Source: an uncultured Spirochaetota bacterium
GTDB taxonomy: Bacteria > Spirochaetota > Spirochaetia > SZUA-6 > Fen-1364
Reading direction: 5' to 3'
Length of the DNA: 64,000 nt
Assembly (NCBI GenBank): GCA_963734545.1
Contig: CAVTHO010000004.1
Coordinates: 704,001-768,000, forward strand
Position 1 is the first letter of the stretch. Each line of letters opens with the position of its first letter. This document shows, in pieces, positions 44,773 to 54,733 of the stretch. Made by a program: the position numbers and the translations under genes. The notes beneath the pieces were generated by a model, which saw nothing but the letters and a program-made list of their open reading frames with translations, had not been told where the DNA came from and ran no database searches.

Positions 44773-46104
44773 CTACGGCGACTGGGTGAAGAACATCACG
44801 ACGGGTGAAATCCCCATGCGGCTGACCACGAGGCCTTGAATCCCGCCCTTTGCGACAGGCGTGAGCCGGAGCCCGCCTCCCGCCGCCTTGTACAGGAAGG
44901 CGACCCCTGACGCGACCGGATCCCTGGGCGCGGCTCCCCCGCTTCCCGCCGTGTCGAAAAGGAAAGAAATGACCCCGTCATAGTCCGCGCCCAGCTCCTT
45001 CGAGAGATGCAACGGAAAATCTATGGCCCCTTTCCCTTTCGCGTTCGGGTCGATCAGGGAGGGGACGAGCCGGCCGAAGCCGTCCCAGCTGAAGCGCATG
45101 CCTTCCTGGAGCCTGATTGTCCCATAGGCGCTGCTGGCAAGCGTGGCCCCCTTTTTCATCAGCGCGCTGAACAGGTCGGCTCGGCGGTTCTGCTCCGCCG
45201 CAATCACCTCCGCCACGTCGTCCTTCATGACGGCGTACAGCCCGGTCACAGGCTGGTCCTTGTAGCGATAGGAAACGTTGATCCGCTCCTCGTCCAGCAC
45301 GGTGATGCGCAGGTCGGTTCCCGAGAATGTGTACGTGGTCGGCCCGAGCTTCTGCACGTCGGTGTAGCGGAACTCGAAAGTGGAGAGCGGCAGGACCAGC
45401 TTCATGACCTTTTCCACCGGATCGGGAAACAGCCCCACGTCCTCGCGGAACAGGGTGAGATCGATGGCTCCCTTTGCCAGCATCTCGCGAAACCAGTCCG
45501 GCCTCCACGTGGTCCCCATGATCCTGTCCAGCGTTTCGTCCTGGCTGAGAATCCGCCTGGCCTCCGCGGTGGGGTCCCCCGGCACGGAAAACACTTTCAG
45601 GAAGTGCCCGAAGCACCACCCGCTGAACCCGTCCTCCGTCGCCACCTCGTACCAGTAGTCCGTATACGGCTTGATCGTCACCTTCTCCGCCGACCGGCTC
45701 ACCACCTTGACGAGCTGCTGCCCGCGCAGCTTGTAGACCACCTTGCCGTCCTGCGTCGAGGTCTCGCGGATCGGCAGCGGCGGCGGGTCCTGTTTCATGA
45801 CGACCGCCCAGCTGGTAAGGTTGTCGGCATAGGTGCGGGCGAACGCTTCCGCGTCTGCCTTTTTCTTGAAGAGACGGACCCGGCCCATCGGGTATTCGCG
45901 CGGGCTCTGTTCCCCCGGCACTCTCACCAGGTAGGCGGAATCGATGGGCGCTTCCCGGACGACGGGGACGACCGCGCCCGTCTGCGGTGAACCGTTCGGG
46001 TCGCCCCAGAGGACGACGCCGTACCCGACTGCCCGGGCGCCGCAGCCGGCAAGGAGAGAGGCGGCCAGGACGAGAAGTGCGCCGGCCAGCGTTCTGTGCA
46101 GCAT
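44773..46104 (-). CDS. SH3-like domain lipoprotein
   Basis: Lipobox LLAGC; WYEVATEDGFSGWCFG. Confidence 0.7.
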   Translation of the reverse strand: MLHRTLAGALLVLAASLLAGCGARAVGYGVVLWGDPNGSPQTGAVVPVVREAPIDSAYLVRVPGEQSPREYPMGRVRLFKKKADAEAFARTYADNLTSWAVVMKQDPPPLPIRETSTQDGKVVYKLRGQQLVKVVSRSAEKVTIKPYTDYWYEVATEDGFSGWCFGHFLKVFSVPGDPTAEARRILSQDETLDRIMGTTWRPDWFREMLAKGAIDLTLFREDVGLFPDPVEKVMKLVLPLSTFEFRYTDVQKLGPTTYTFSGTDLRITVLDEERINVSYRYKDQPVTGLYAVMKDDVAEVIAAEQNRRADLFSALMKKGATLASSAYGTIRLQEGMRFSWDGFGRLVPSLIDPNAKGKGAIDFPLHLSKELGADYDGVISFLFDTAGSGGAAPRDPVASGVAFLYKAAGGGLRLTPVAKGGIQGLVVSRMGISPVVMFFTQSP

Positions 46105-46242
46105 GACGGATATACTGGGACCGCGGGAGCTTTTTTTCAAGTCCCGGCGGAGAGAATCAGCCCGCCTGTGACCGATGTCCGGCACGAGAACCGCCGTCTC
46201 GCACTTGCCGCCCGCAAAAAAAAGCCGTATACACCACACACG

Positions 46243-46306
46243 CACACGGGGTACCGTGCGACAATCACGCGGAGTACCGTGTGACAATCACGCGGGGTAC
46301 CGCGGG
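46243..46306. repeat. 23-nt tandem palindromic repeat x3 (family A), intergenic
   Basis: CACRCGG-RGTA-CCGYG..ACAAT units at 46243, 46266 and 46289. Confidence 0.85.
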
Positions 46307-46319
46307 GGGGAGGAACGCG

Positions 46320-47546
46320 ATGAATGCCCAGGAGACGCTGCGGAAGAGAATTGCGGAGAAGCGGGGCGAGATCATCGAGCTGCAGAGGGCCCTCACCGCG
46401 GTGCCGGCACTGGGACCTCAAAACGGAGGAGCCGGCGAATGGGACAAGGCCCAGGTGCTCGTTTCATGGCTCGGCAAGCTCGGGCTGGGTCCCTGCGAGC
46501 TCCACCCGTCCCCTGATCCCCGGGTGCCGAAGGGGGAGCGGCCCAACCTCATCGTCACCATTCCCGGACGGGCATCGGACGGCACGTTCTGGATCATGTC
46601 CCACCTCGACATCGTGCCGCCGGGTGAGCCGAGTCTGTGGGAGTCCGACCCCTATACGCTCGTCGTGGACGGTGACAGGCTGATCGGCAGAGGCGTGGAG
46701 GACAACCAGCAGGGTCTCGTGGCCTCGGTCTTCGCCGCCGTATGCGTCCAGGAGCTGGGTCTCACTCCTGCGCGCACCGTCAAGCTGCTTTTTGTCGCCG
46801 ACGAGGAAACAGGATCCCAGCTCGGTGTGCAATACCTGGCGGCCAAGCCGGGATTCTTCCGGACGCAGGACAGGGCGCTCGTTCCGGACGGGGGCTCCCC
46901 GGACGGTTCCCGCATCGAGATAGCGGAGAAAAGCATCCTCTGGCTGCGCTTCAAGGTCCGCGGGCGGCAGTGTCATGCGTCGACCCCGCAGAAAGGGATC
47001 AACGCTTTCGAAGCGGGATCGCACCTGGTCGTGCGCCTGGGCGCGCTGGCGGATCTCTTCCCGGCCACGGACACGCTCTTCGAGCCGCCCGTCTCCACTT
47101 TCACTCCCACCAAGAAGGAAGCCAACGTGCCCAACATCAACACTCTTCCCGGTGAGGACGTGTTTCATCTCGACTGCCGTGTGCTTCCCCGGGAGAATCT
47201 CGACGAGGTCATGCGGGCGGTGCGGGAGATCACGGGAGGAATCGAGAGGGACTTCGGCGTCACCGTGGAGATACAGGAAATCCAGAAAGAGTCCTCTCCT
47301 CCCACGCCGGCGGATGCGCCCCTGGTCGCGTCCCTGAAGCGGGCCATCAACTCCGTCTACGGAGTGGAGGGAGTCACGGTGGGCATCGGAGGCGGGACGG
47401 TAGGCGCGTTCCTCCGCAAGAAGGGCATTCCCACGGTCGTATGGAGCAGGCTCGAGGAGGCGGCCCACCAGCCCAACGAGCATTGCCTGCTCAGCAACCT
47501 GATGGGAGACGCGCTCGTGATGGGGATGATGATGCTGTCCGAGTAG
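46320..47546 (+). CDS. M20 family metallopeptidase (DapE/ArgE-like)
   Basis: SHLDIVP, GRGVEDN, ADEETG, HASTP, AHQPNE. Confidence 0.92.
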   Translation: MNAQETLRKRIAEKRGEIIELQRALTAVPALGPQNGGAGEWDKAQVLVSWLGKLGLGPCELHPSPDPRVPKGERPNLIVTIPGRASDGTFWIMSHLDIVPPGEPSLWESDPYTLVVDGDRLIGRGVEDNQQGLVASVFAAVCVQELGLTPARTVKLLFVADEETGSQLGVQYLAAKPGFFRTQDRALVPDGGSPDGSRIEIAEKSILWLRFKVRGRQCHASTPQKGINAFEAGSHLVVRLGALADLFPATDTLFEPPVSTFTPTKKEANVPNINTLPGEDVFHLDCRVLPRENLDEVMRAVREITGGIERDFGVTVEIQEIQKESSPPTPADAPLVASLKRAINSVYGVEGVTVGIGGGTVGAFLRKKGIPTVVWSRLEEAAHQPNEHCLLSNLMGDALVMGMMMLSE

Positions 47547-47619
47547 GGGCTGCGGGAGCCCGCGGACTACGGGCTCGCTCCCGTCCATCCCTGGACTCGC
47601 TCGCCCTCGGCATCCCTGC

Positions 47620-48492
47620 CTATGGCAGGCTGTTGTAGACGATGACGATCCTTCCCTGCTGGAGCAGGGAGATATTCTCCGGCAGCGCGAGAAGCTGCCG
47701 GGCCCCTTCCGTCGAAATCACGATGTCCGTGGCTTTGTCACCGAACACCGCGCGCGCCGCCAGGCGCAGCGGCAGCACGCCGGCGCGCAGCGGAACGACC
47801 GTGTCGTCCAGTCCCTGCGCATAGCCGACCATGCCCCACCGTGACAGCGCCTGCGGGCTGCACATCTCCTTGTCCAGCAGGAGGTTCATCTGCTCGTCCC
47901 AGAGGCGCGGGAAAAGCGCGGGCCGGGCAGCGGTCCTGTGGGTCGTGCCGGATTCGGGCAGGCTCCCGCTGGCCGAGATGAGAAGCCCGGTGAACTTCCT
48001 CGTGGTCACGTAGCCGAGCCTGCGCCGGATCGGGGTCTCCCGGGAGGGATACAGCGGAGAGGCGATCCCCTGTGCGCCGAAGAGGGAGAGCGAATAGTGC
48101 ACGGTGAGCGAGGCGAAGTCCGGCGTGAGATACACCTCGTCCTTGAGCCCTCCACGGGCGAGCTGGCTCACCCGCGCAAAGAGCCCGGGGTCCGCGCCGA
48201 GCAGGTCTCCGAAAGTGTGGGATGAGTCCACGGTCACATTCGCGATGGCCCGGATCAGGAAATCCGCCAGCCTCGACTGTATCTCCGTTTCCGCGTCCCC
48301 TTTGGCGCGCACCATCGACTGCGTGGCCGGATTGAGCGCGTGCGTGATCTCGACGGCGACCGTCCCCCCCGCCCAGTCCACCCTGCCGGCAACGGCATAC
48401 CCCGGCTCGGAGACTATCGAGTCGCCGTCCGCGGCAAAGCCGGGACACGCGGCGCACAGGCAGAGGGCGAGGAAAAGGAGGACGTTCTTCAT
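47620..48492 (-). CDS. Exported protein (LPP20-like C-terminal domain)
   Basis: Signal peptide; PALFPRL, GMVGY, DIVIS, GRIVIV. Confidence 0.55.
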   Translation of the reverse strand: MKNVLLFLALCLCAACPGFAADGDSIVSEPGYAVAGRVDWAGGTVAVEITHALNPATQSMVRAKGDAETEIQSRLADFLIRAIANVTVDSSHTFGDLLGADPGLFARVSQLARGGLKDEVYLTPDFASLTVHYSLSLFGAQGIASPLYPSRETPIRRRLGYVTTRKFTGLLISASGSLPESGTTHRTAARPALFPRLWDEQMNLLLDKEMCSPQALSRWGMVGYAQGLDDTVVPLRAGVLPLRLAARAVFGDKATDIVISTEGARQLLALPENISLLQQGRIVIVYNSLP

Positions 48493-49718
48493 CCTGAGCT
48501 CCGCACCGGGGCAACCGGCACCAGCACCTTTGCGCCGATCCGCAGAACGCGCGGAACGAGCCTCGGATTGAACTCCCGGATCAGCTCGACACCCACGCGG
48601 TATTTCCTGGCTATCCCCGAAAGAGTGTCCCCCTCCGTCACGAGATGCACGCGGAAGTCCAGAAGGGGCATGGTGGATTCCGCGAGAGCCTTTTCCACCG
48701 GCGCGCTGTACTCCCGCGGCACCTTGAGCTCGTACTTGTAGGACGCCGGAGGGGTCATGGGAAAGTTGAGCTCGGCATTGCCGGTGGTCAGCACCTCGAG
48801 CGGGACCCCTGATTTCTCTGAGAGGATGCGAAGGTCCACGCACCGGTCAAGCGGGATGCGCGACCAGTCAGGCGACGTATCCCAGCCGACCTCCATGCCG
48901 TAGCGGCCCGGATAGCTGAGAATGCGCGTCACGGCAAGGAACTGGGGAACGAATGCCGATGTTTCACGCGGCAGCACGCCCTTTCTCCTCAGCGCCCAGT
49001 AGTCACTTCCGGGGTACTTCCGCGCGATTGCGGAGAGCTTTCCGACGCCGCAGTTGTACGCGGCAAGCGCCATGTACCAGTCCCCGAAAATGCGGTAGTT
49101 CTCCGCCAGCTTGTCCAGCGAAGCCTCCGTGGCTTTCCAGAAATCCCTCCGCTCGTCCACCCACTGGTCCATGCGCAGTCCATACGGGGACGCCGTATTG
49201 CGCATGAGCTGCCAGAGCCCCGCAGCGCCTTTCGGAGAGGTAGCCCGGGCCTGGAAGCCCGACTCCACCGCGGGAAGGTAGCGAAGCTCGGGGGGCAGCC
49301 CCCGTTCCGCGATTGCCCGGGTGATGATTGCCCGGTAGCGCAGGCTCCGGTCGAGAACCGCCTGCAGCCAGTCCCCGCGTCTCGCGCGAAGGCCTTCCAC
49401 GAACCTGTCAATGACATCTTCGTCAGGAAATGTGAAAGAGTACAACTCCGCGCCGAGGTGTCCCTGCGCCGGCGGCAGCGGCCCGCCGTCAACCGGAGCC
49501 GGCTCCGACCCGGGGGCGGGCATCTGCGCGGGCGCCTGGAGGGACGCTGGCGGCGCCGATGCTCCCAAATCCGCCGGATACGCGAGTGCGCGTTCCGCGC
49601 AAACGCCGTACGGCGGCGCAGGGACGGCCCCGGCCCACACGGAAGCGCTCGCCGCGATGAGGGCGAATCCGAGCGAGATCAGAGCTTTTCGCCCAGGTAT
49701 ATTCCTGCCCATTCCCAT
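48489..49718 (-). CDS. Lytic transglycosylase with LysM (MltD-like)
   Basis: PAVESGF, AAGLWQLM, LAAYNCG, GDTLSGIA. Confidence 0.92.
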   Translation of the reverse strand: MGMGRNIPGRKALISLGFALIAASASVWAGAVPAPPYGVCAERALAYPADLGASAPPASLQAPAQMPAPGSEPAPVDGGPLPPAQGHLGAELYSFTFPDEDVIDRFVEGLRARRGDWLQAVLDRSLRYRAIITRAIAERGLPPELRYLPAVESGFQARATSPKGAAGLWQLMRNTASPYGLRMDQWVDERRDFWKATEASLDKLAENYRIFGDWYMALAAYNCGVGKLSAIARKYPGSDYWALRRKGVLPRETSAFVPQFLAVTRILSYPGRYGMEVGWDTSPDWSRIPLDRCVDLRILSEKSGVPLEVLTTGNAELNFPMTPPASYKYELKVPREYSAPVEKALAESTMPLLDFRVHLVTEGDTLSGIARKYRVGVELIREFNPRLVPRVLRIGAKVLVPVAPVRSSG

Positions 49719-50725
49719 TGCCCGTTTATTTCCGGATTGGCGGGGAAATCGACCCGGCGAAAGTACAAGTACCATATGGGCGGACGCATGTTCCAACCGG
49801 TTGTCCTGAGCGTGGCCTCGTTGTCGTTGGCGGCGATGTCGAGCTGCGGATCGATCTTCACGTTCGAGCTGGGGAGATAGTTTGTGATGTTGTAACCGAC
49901 GTTCTCCGACTCTACCAGCAGCTCCTGGCCCCAGGGCTCCTGGAAGAAGTTCACCTGTGCCTGGTATCGCCGCAGCTTCGATATGTTCTTTGTGAGAATT
50001 GCATCTTTCACCGCATCCACCAGATCATTCAAGTCAGGCATCGTCCAGTTCTTGTCCGGATAGTAATAGAAGGAAACCTTTTCCATGGCCTCCCGCAGCG
50101 CCCTCGAATCACTGGAGATCTGGGTCTGCGTGGTACCGATATACTTCTGGTAGGCCTGGATGGCCTGCTCCCACTCGCCCACCTCCTCGTAGCTTTTCGC
50201 CATGTAATACCAGTTGGTGCCGGGGCTCTGATCCGGGAAGCGCGAGAACAGCTCCTTGTAGTGCCCGATCTTGTCCTCGGGATTCGATTCCAGGCTGAGC
50301 AGCTCGCGCAGGCATTGCAGGTGGATCGAGCTGCCCTTCACGAGGAGGTCCCCGTAGTTGGAAAGAATTCTGCGGTAGTAGTGAATGGCGATGGGGACCG
50401 CCTTCATGTCGCGATACGCGTCCGCCACCAGGAGGAGATAGTAGCCGTTGTACATGTCCGCCGGGTTCTTTTCCACGTGTGTCGTGAGAAAAAGGATCTC
50501 CCGGTCGATCCTTCCGGTATTTGCCAGGCCCGCGGCGATCTGCGTGATGAGCACGAACCGATTCTCCTGGTCTTTCTCACGATTGAAGAGCCGGAAGAGC
50601 TCCCGTAATTCCTGGTTCTGCTCGAAAGGGCCTATGTAATAGCGCGTGTCGGAAGGCGCGCAGCCCGCGCACAGCGCGGCGATTGCGGCCCCGAGCGTCA
50701 GAAGGGCGAAAAAGCGTCTTGCCAT
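49679..50725 (-). CDS. TPR-containing lipoprotein
   Basis: Lipobox LCAGC; YYMAKSYEEVGEWEQAIQAY; WEWAGIYLGE. Confidence 0.75.
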   Translation of the reverse strand: MARRFFALLTLGAAIAALCAGCAPSDTRYYIGPFEQNQELRELFRLFNREKDQENRFVLITQIAAGLANTGRIDREILFLTTHVEKNPADMYNGYYLLLVADAYRDMKAVPIAIHYYRRILSNYGDLLVKGSSIHLQCLRELLSLESNPEDKIGHYKELFSRFPDQSPGTNWYYMAKSYEEVGEWEQAIQAYQKYIGTTQTQISSDSRALREAMEKVSFYYYPDKNWTMPDLNDLVDAVKDAILTKNISKLRRYQAQVNFFQEPWGQELLVESENVGYNITNYLPSSNVKIDPQLDIAANDNEATLRTTGWNMRPPIWYLYFRRVDFPANPEINGQWEWAGIYLGEKL

Positions 50726-50790
50726 TGCCGTGCCGCGAGAGTAGCAGGAACACGAGCGGTTGGCAACAGCAATGGAAATTCGATTCGGGT

Positions 50791-50817
50791 GACACGCGTC
50801 TCGGCGAGACGCGTGTC
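50791..50817. promoter_or_regulatory. Perfect inverted repeat between divergent promoters
   Basis: GACACGCGTCTC-GGC-GAGACGCGTGTC. Confidence 0.6.
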
Positions 50818-50864
50818 GGTGTTGGCAAGGCAGAATGGTTCTGTTATTATTCTACAGGCACTCC

Positions 50865-52081
50865 ATGGCTGCGAAAATCACAAAGACACCGACAGGGCTC
50901 TCCGTACCTTCTGCGCCCCTGATACCGTTCATCGAGGGAGACGGCACCGGGCCGGATATCTGGCGCGCCGCGCGCCGCGTGTTCGACGAGGCGGTGGGCC
51001 GCGCATACGGCCGCACGCGCGCAATCGAATGGGTGCAGGTCCTGGCAGGGGAAAAGGCGTTCCGCGAAAAGGGTGACTGGCTGCCGCCAGAGACCGAAGA
51101 GGCGTTCCGCTCGCATCTCGTGGGCATCAAGGGTCCGCTCACCACGCCGGTGGGCGGAGGGATTCGGAGCCTGAACGTGGCCCTGCGCCAGAAGCTGGAC
51201 CTCTACGTGTGCCTCAGGCCGGTGCGCTGGTTCCCCGGGGTTCCCTCCCCGTCGTGCACCCCGAGCTGGTGGACATGATCGTCTTCAGGGAAAACACGGA
51301 AGACGTGTATGCCGGTTTCGAGCTCAAGGAGGGCACCGCGGAGGCGGTCGCGCTCATCGCGCTGCTCAGGCAGAAGTACGGATGGCAGATCCGGGAGGAC
51401 TCGGGTCTGGGCATCAAGCCGGTGAGCCGCACCGGCTCCGAACGCCTGGTGCGCGCGGCGCTCCAGTACGCGGTCTCCCATGGAAGGAAGAGCGTGACCC
51501 TTGTGCACAAGGGCAACATCCAGAAGTTCACCGAGGGAGCGTTTCGGGAGTGGGGCTATGAGCTGGCCCGGCGGGAGTTTGCCGACTCCGTGTTCATCCC
51601 TGTTGAAGGCAGCGAGCCGGTCCCCACGCCCGCCGGCAAGGTGCTCGTGAAGGACGCCATCGCCGACAATTTCCTGCAGCAGATCCTCAGCCGCCCTTCC
51701 GAGTTCGACGTGGTGGCCACGACGAACCTCAACGGCGATTATATCTCCGACGCCCTGGCGGCCCAGGTGGGCGGCATCGGCATCGCGCCGGGGGCGAATA
51801 TCAACTACGTCACCGGGCACGCGCTTTTCGAGGCAACCCATGGCACGGCGCCCAAATACGCGGGCAAAGACATGGCGAACCCCTCCTCGGTGATCCTTTC
51901 GGGCGTGATGATGCTCGATTACATGGGCTGGGGCGAGGCGGCAGCGCTCATCGAGGGCGCCCTCACCCGGACCATCGCCGCGAAAACCGTCACCTACGAC
52001 TTCGCGCGGCTCATGGAAGGGGCCGTCAAGGTGTCGACTTCCGAGTTCGCCGACCGTATCGTGGAGAATCTGGGAAAATGA
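50865..52081 (+). CDS. icd: NADP-dependent isocitrate dehydrogenase (frameshift near 51250)
   Basis: [49 protein letters not shown]. Confidence 0.95.
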
Positions 52082-52623
52082 GAACGCGACACAGCCCGCG
52101 CTATCCCAACAAGCTTCTCGTGTGGGGCGTGACGGTCCTGCTGGTAGGCGGCGTGCTCCTCCTGTGGAATTTCAAATACCTGCCCGAGCCGGGGGAGTTC
52201 TGGCCGGTCCCCGTGATCTTCGTCGGGCTCGTATTTCTCTACATGGCGTGGCCCAGGGGGAACTCGGACCGATGGATCATTCCCGGCATGGTGTTGACCC
52301 TCGGGGGAATAGTGTTCCTGCTCATGAACACCGTGCTGAGCGCGCAGAGTCTTGCGCGCATCTGGCCTGTGTTCATGCTCGTCACCGGGATCTCCCTGGT
52401 ACCGTACGGCCTGCGGAAACACGGGTCCGCGCGGACCGCCATCGTCGTGCCCGGCGTCTTCATTTGCTGCCTCGCGCTGCTTTTCCTCCCGTTCAGCCTG
52501 CGTCGGCCCGGCGGGGGACTCATGGCCTTCGTGCAGCAATGGTGGCCCATGATACTTATTATTGTAGGACTTGCGCTGATAGTTTCATTTTTCGCCACCC
52601 GTCGGCCGAGTAATAAGGTATGA
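52078..52623 (+). CDS. Membrane protein with repeated WP-TM units (LiaF/DUF5668-like)
   Basis: FWPV, IWPV and WWPM, each followed by TM helices. Confidence 0.65.
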   Translation: MRTRHSPRYPNKLLVWGVTVLLVGGVLLLWNFKYLPEPGEFWPVPVIFVGLVFLYMAWPRGNSDRWIIPGMVLTLGGIVFLLMNTVLSAQSLARIWPVFMLVTGISLVPYGLRKHGSARTAIVVPGVFICCLALLFLPFSLRRPGGGLMAFVQQWWPMILIIVGLALIVSFFATRRPSNKV

Positions 52624-54733
52624 GCAAACGGCTCATCCTCATAGTCTCTCTCTCCATGATCTTCCTCTCCTCGGCGGGCATCGTCGGGTTCCTGAGCGCG
52701 CAGGACGGGGTCGGCCCCACGGTGCCTCCCAAAACCGAGGTAAAAAGCGTGCCCCTGGAGACCCGCTACGCGCCTGACCGGATCTACCGGGCAGGACCCG
52801 GAATCGCGTGGCGCGTGTCGCGGGACCTTGGCGTCCTGCTCTCCACTGATGACGGAGAGACCTGGACGGCCCGCAACCAGGGGCTGCCCGTCCGCGCTGT
52901 CTACCCCTTCACGGCGGACAAGCCGCCGATCATCACGTGCCTGGCGGTGGATCCATACAACCGGAACCGGCTGGGCGTGTCCACGCTCGACACTCTCTAC
53001 CTTTCGGAAGACGCGGGGCTCACCTGGGAGCAAGTCCCCCTGAAAGACCCGTTGCGGGCAAATGATCAGATCACCTGCCTTGCACTGTCACCCGGCAACG
53101 ACAACGGCCTGGCGGTCGGGACCTCTTTCCACGGATTCTTCGAGAGCGCCAACCGTGGCAAGACATGGACCTCCCTGTCCGAACAGCTCGTCCCGCTCCA
53201 GTTGGGAGGCGGGAACTACGAGGAGATCGCCTCCCTGGCGTACGATCCCGAGGAGCCTGACCTGATCTGGTTCAACCTCGGCTTCGGCAAGGGACTCTAC
53301 ACGTACCGCAAGGGCGCCCGGAGCGTGGACCGTGTGAACCTCCCCCCCGGACCGGATTCGTCCCCTGTGCGCGACATCTATTTCCGGCGGCAGACGGTCC
53401 AGACAGGCTGGTTTCTGGAGACGCGTACGGCGAGCGCCCGATGGTCGCTTTCACACGCCGGCGGCACGTGGAAGATGGTCGAAAAGATCCGGGAAGAAGT
53501 CGCGCTCCCGGCGGACAGGATGCAGAGACTGGCGACAGCGGCCAACAAGTACGGCACGTACGTGTCCTCGTTCTCGGCAGGCGGGAATCGCATGCCGGGC
53601 CTGCTCGAATTCATCCAGAAACAGGGCCTGAACAGCCTCGTCCTGGATTTCAAGGACGACGAAGGCTACGTCACCTATGACACGGCCCTCCCGGAGCCGA
53701 TTCGGATCGGGGCGGTGCGCCACCGCTTCAAGATCGATGAGATCGTGCAGACCGCCCACGCGCGCGGGCTCTACCTGATCGGCAGGATCGTGGTCTTTCG
53801 TGACAAGCAGCTCTACAACGCGGACAACTTCGCGCACGCCGCGTGGGACCGGAACGGCAAAGGCGCCGTGGCGCTATCTCAAGAAGAGCGTGGACGAAGA
53901 GACGGGAGAGGAGTCGTTCTACCAGGGAGAATACTGGGTCGATCCGTACTCCGAATACGTGTGGGACTACAACATCGCCATCGCAAAGGAGCTGCAGGAC
54001 AAGGGCGTCGACGAGGTGCAGTTCGACTACATCCGCTTTCCCTCGGATGGAGACCTGGGACGCATCACGTGGCGCTTCCGCCGGGAGGGGATGGGAAAGC
54101 TGGAAGCGCTGGAATCATTTCTCGCCAAGGCGCGGGAGTCCCTGTCCATTCCCCTCTCCACAGACGTCTATGGATACTGCGGCTGGGCCCGGATCTCCAA
54201 CTGGGTTGCACAGAACATAGAGATGTTCTCCCGCTATGTGGATGTCGTGCAGCCGATGTTCTATCCCTCGCATTTCCCGCGTGATTTCCTCGGTTCCATG
54301 GAGTACCTGCCGCGGGCAAAGTACATCTACCAGGAAGGCACCAGGCGCGCGGCGTACATGGTGGAAGGACGGAGCATCATCCGCCCTTACGTACAGGCTT
54401 TTCGCATCGGCGGAGAGCTCGCTTTCAATCAGCACGTGTACTCCGCCTACCTCGTGAACCAGGTGCAGGGTTCGCTGCAGGGCGCGGCATCAGGTTTCAC
54501 TCTCTGGAACGCTTCCAATGACTACTACATGGTCACCGTGCCGCTGGGTCCCGATCATCCAGGGAACGGCGGGCGGCACCGTCGCGGGGGGCGACGGCAC
54601 TGTCGCAATGAGCGACAGCAATGTCGCCAGGAGCGACAGGAATGTCGCCAGGAGCGACCGCCGAATGTCGCCAGGAGCGACAGCGAATGTCGCCAGGAGC
54701 GATCTGGCAAACACCCCCGAGGACAAGAGGTGA
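52620..54733 (+). CDS. Putative glycoside hydrolase (DUF4015-like TIM barrel) with N-terminal BNR propeller; frameshifts near 53862 and 54550
   Basis: STDDGETW, SEDAGLTW, SANRGKTW; DFKDDEG, RIVVFRD, EVQFDYIRFP, PMFYPSH. Confidence 0.8.
54578..54703. repeat. Six tandem GTCGC-N5-GCGA(C) hairpins (family B)
   Basis: GTCGC at 54581, 54602, 54623, 54644, 54667 and 54689. Confidence 0.9.

Noticed and set aside
54578-54703. CRISPR array (also considered for the 7747 and 46243 repeats)
   Set aside because: No unique spacers of 25-45 nt and no cas genes in the window
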